64,000 nt of DNA from Rhodothermales bacterium. GTDB taxonomy: Bacteria; Bacteroidota; Rhodothermia; Rhodothermales; Bin80. Within the stretch, counting starts at the first letter, position 1. Every line of letters begins with the position of its first letter. Below, piece after piece: positions 61,630-64,000 of the stretch. Below the pieces are notes generated by a model. That model was given only the letters and a program-made list of their open reading frames with translations. It searched no databases and was not told the origin of the DNA. The DNA lies in NCBI GenBank assembly GCA_965207385.1, contig CBDBLZ010000021.1, positions 641,205 to 705,204 of the forward strand. The letters are read 5' to 3'. Both the position numbers and the translations under genes were made by a program.

Positions 61630-64000
61630 CTAATAGTCGGCTTGAGTCCGCTGGCCTACCAGAAACACCGCGTTGGCCAGCATCAGTCGCCCGCCATACC
61701 AGAATCCCCGGAAAACGGGGTTATCCAGCAGATACACCACCTCGCCGCGTCCAATCGCTTCCATACCAAACACAAGAGAATTCTCCATCGGGCGGACGGC
61801 CTTGGCACCGGCAAAGCCACTCAAGCGAGAATCTTCCTGCAGCACGCCCACATTCCAGCCGTCCTGCAGGTATTCAAAGGCCTGTTCATCACGCTTGAGC
61901 GTGAAATAGTCCTGTGCGTATCCGAATGCCAACGGGTGCGTTACATCGAGCGATACACGGAAGATGGCCCCCGGAATGTCGCTGGAGATGGCCTCACGGT
62001 CACGCGAGGCGTACGTGCGAACGGTAACCGTCGTGTCTTCTGACCCAGCCCTTTCCTCAAGTGAAAACCCCGTTCTGCCCGACAGATACCGGGCCGCGCC
62101 TTCGAGGGCGATGAGCTTGCCGCCCGCCTGGATCCAGTCGCCAACGTCGGAGAGGCTTTCCTCAGTGAGCAGGTCTCCGTACGATCCGTCGGGCAAGATC
62201 AGAACGTCATACCCGTACAGATGCAGGGAGGCAAAATCATCTGCGTGTATGAGCGTTACCGGATAAGCGAGCTGCCTGTCAAAGAAATGCCAAAGCTCTC
62301 CCAGAGAAGCGGAGCGCGCTGCGCCGTCGGCGACAATGCCAACGCGGGGCCGCCGTATGGGCGGTACATCGGCAGAACCGAAGTCAACGCCCTCGGTCAC
62401 CATGGTTGATTCCACGGCAAAGAGGGGCTGTCCCAGCTCCGCAGCGGTCTGGCGGACAATCTGATCAAAGTCTTCCCCCGCTGCGGCATTGCCGCCGCGC
62501 GTTATGATCAGCGTGCCCGGGCCGTAAGAGCGTCCTGCTATGCTGAATGGCTCTTCCGAAAAACGCACGCGCACACCAGCCTGCAGAAGGTCGGACAACA
62601 GGCGCGCATCCTCAAAACTGGCCCATTCGGCCAGGTAGGCCGCGGGCCGGTCCAATCCCGGAGCACTTGGCGGCGTCTGCATCCAGCCAGGGCTGATGCC
62701 GGGAGGCACTTCCTCTGCGCCGTAGGCTTCCAGGCCATAGACATAGGGCAGGGACCAGCCGGTAATGTCGTAGCTCAATGAGTCCGAGAGTACGGATTCC
62801 GGCTCGAACAGCACCTGTACGAGCACGCCAAGCGGCTGTGAAGCGCTGACAACCATGTCACCGGGAGCTACCGTGAAGCTGGTCTGCTCGCCGCTGGCAT
62901 AGGCGTAACCCTCTACCCTGCGCGATTCTGTAGCACTTCCGTACGCAATGCCCTGCAGGTCAAGATGCCTTGCCAACGCTGCGAGCACGTCTCCGCCGCG
63001 AGGCTTGAGGACATAGGCTGCGAAGCGGCCAATTCTGCTAGGCTCGGCAAAATAGGTTGCGAATTCCTGAAGGATCCGCTCGCGCTGAACCGATGCCACC
63101 TCAATTGTCGATAGCCCTGTGGCATGATGGTGGCGGATGCGGTCAGCAAGGGCAAGCGTGTCGGTCTCGGCCGTGATGATCTGCAAGCCGGCCCGGCCGG
63201 ATCCGCCCTGCTCGTACGTCATGCCTATGGCCCCGTTATACATGGGCCAGGTGTCTCCGTAGCCCGGATAAAACAGGTCATATACCTGGCGTGTGAAGTA
63301 CAGCCAGCCTTCCTGGTCAAAATACCGGGCGTGGTTGCGGCCAATTATGTGTTGCAGTTCGCGCTGCCAGGGCGTGATGGCCTGGTGATAGGGCTCCGCT
63401 GCCGGCGCGAAATAATAGGGATCGTCGACACCCTGTTCATGAAAGTCCACATGGATGTGCGGCATCCAGCGCCGGAAGTGCTTCAGGCGCTGACGGGTTT
63501 CAAGCTGTGTGCCCCACGCCCAGTCCCGGTTCAGGTCAAAATAGTAATGGTTTGTGCGTCCGCCAGGCCACGGTTCGCGATGCTCTCGTGCCTCGGGACG
63601 CGGATTGGGTTCGCGTCCAACGGTCTGGTTGTAGAAAGCGACGTAACGGTCTCTTCCGTCCGGATTGAGGCACGGGTCCAGAAAGACGACCGTGTTTGAG
63701 AGCCAGCCTTGCGTGCGTGCATTGGTACTGTCGACCAGATCGTACAGGGTCTGCATAGCAGCTTCCGTGCTGACGGCTTCGTTGCCGTGCACGTTGTAGC
63801 TCAGCCAGACCAGGGAGGGACCGTCGCCATGGGGAGCACCGTCTGCCAGCCTCGCTCTTTGCAAATTGGCCAAGCGAATGGATTCCAGTACGGCCATGTT
63901 CGCGCGGCTGGATACCGTGGCATACAGCAGGGGACGGCCTTCATACGAATGCCCGTAAGAGACGAGTTCAACGTTTTCCGCGTTGTGGGCCACATGTTCG
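61630..64000 (-). CDS. M14 family zinc carboxypeptidase (N-terminus runs off right edge)
   Basis: YGHSYEGRPLLYATVSS...LVWLSYNVHGNEAVSTEAAMQTLYDLV...VVFLDPCLNPDGRDRYV...HVDFHEQGVDDPYYFAP; M14 motifs (HGNE, H..FHEQG). Confidence 0.92.
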   Translation of the reverse strand, partial: EHVAHNAENVELVSYGHSYEGRPLLYATVSSRANMAVLESIRLANLQRARLADGAPHGDGPSLVWLSYNVHGNEAVSTEAAMQTLYDLVDSTNARTQGWLSNTVVFLDPCLNPDGRDRYVAFYNQTVGREPNPRPEAREHREPWPGGRTNHYYFDLNRDWAWGTQLETRQRLKHFRRWMPHIHVDFHEQGVDDPYYFAPAAEPYHQAITPWQRELQHIIGRNHARYFDQEGWLYFTRQVYDLFYPGYGDTWPMYNGAIGMTYEQGGSGRAGLQIITAETDTLALADRIRHHHATGLSTIEVASVQRERILQEFATYFAEPSRIGRFAAYVLKPRGGDVLAALARHLDLQGIAYGSATESRRVEGYAYASGEQTSFTVAPGDMVVSASQPLGVLVQVLFEPESVLSDSLSYDITGWSLPYVYGLEAYGAEEVPPGISPGWMQTPPSAPGLDRPAAYLAEWASFEDARLLSDLLQAGVRVRFSEEPFSIAGRSYGPGTLIITRGGNAAAGEDFDQIVRQTAAELGQPLFAVESTMVTEGVDFGSADVPPIRRPRVGIVADGAARSASLGELWHFFDRQLAYPVTLIHADDFASLHLYGYDVLILPDGSYGDLLTEESLSDVGDWIQAGGKLIALEGAARYLSGRTGFSLEERAGSEDTTVTVRTYASRDREAISSDIPGAIFRVSLDVTHPLAFGYAQDYFTLKRDEQAFEYLQDGWNVGVLQEDSRLSGFAGAKAVRPMENSLVFGMEAIGRGEVVYLLDNPVFRGFWYGGRLMLANAVFLVGQRTQADY

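Overview
This 64 kb window looks like ordinary chromosomal DNA from a moderately high-GC bacterium. It is most consistent with a Rhodothermota/Bacteroidota-like organism; the lineage is inferred from gene content and was not tested. Housekeeping loci I recognise include pdxB (edge), bshA, folA, thyA, a LytC/AmiC-type amidase, ribBA, yajC, SRP RNA, priA, roxA/ycfD-like, a fused aspartokinase-DAP decarboxylase, rarA, a TRAP transporter, photolyase, two tRNA-Ser genes, an F0F1 ATP synthase operon (atpZ/atpI-like, B,E,F,H,A,G), bactofilin, an M23 peptidase, dciA-like, gluQ and an M14 peptidase. The most unusual signal is a pair of paralogous cassettes at about 12.0-14.8 kb and 20.6-22.7 kb. Each encodes one or two small exported peptides with 6 or 8 cysteines, then a membrane-anchored or exported 6-bladed beta-propeller-like protein, then a membrane-anchored protein of probable thioredoxin fold (CSFC in one cassette, degenerate CAFA in the other). 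In the second cassette the second peptide and the propeller overlap by ATGA. I propose this as a candidate exported Cys-rich peptide system, conceptually similar to NVEALA peptide/propeller loci of Bacteroidota; its function is unknown. Other notable items are a MamK-like actin next to folA, an apparent single-base frameshift in thyA, a ThuA/dehydrogenase/HEAT/cupredoxin multidomain lipoprotein, a DUF1501 + DUF1549/DUF1553 pair, and a probable split or frameshifted M23 peptidase.
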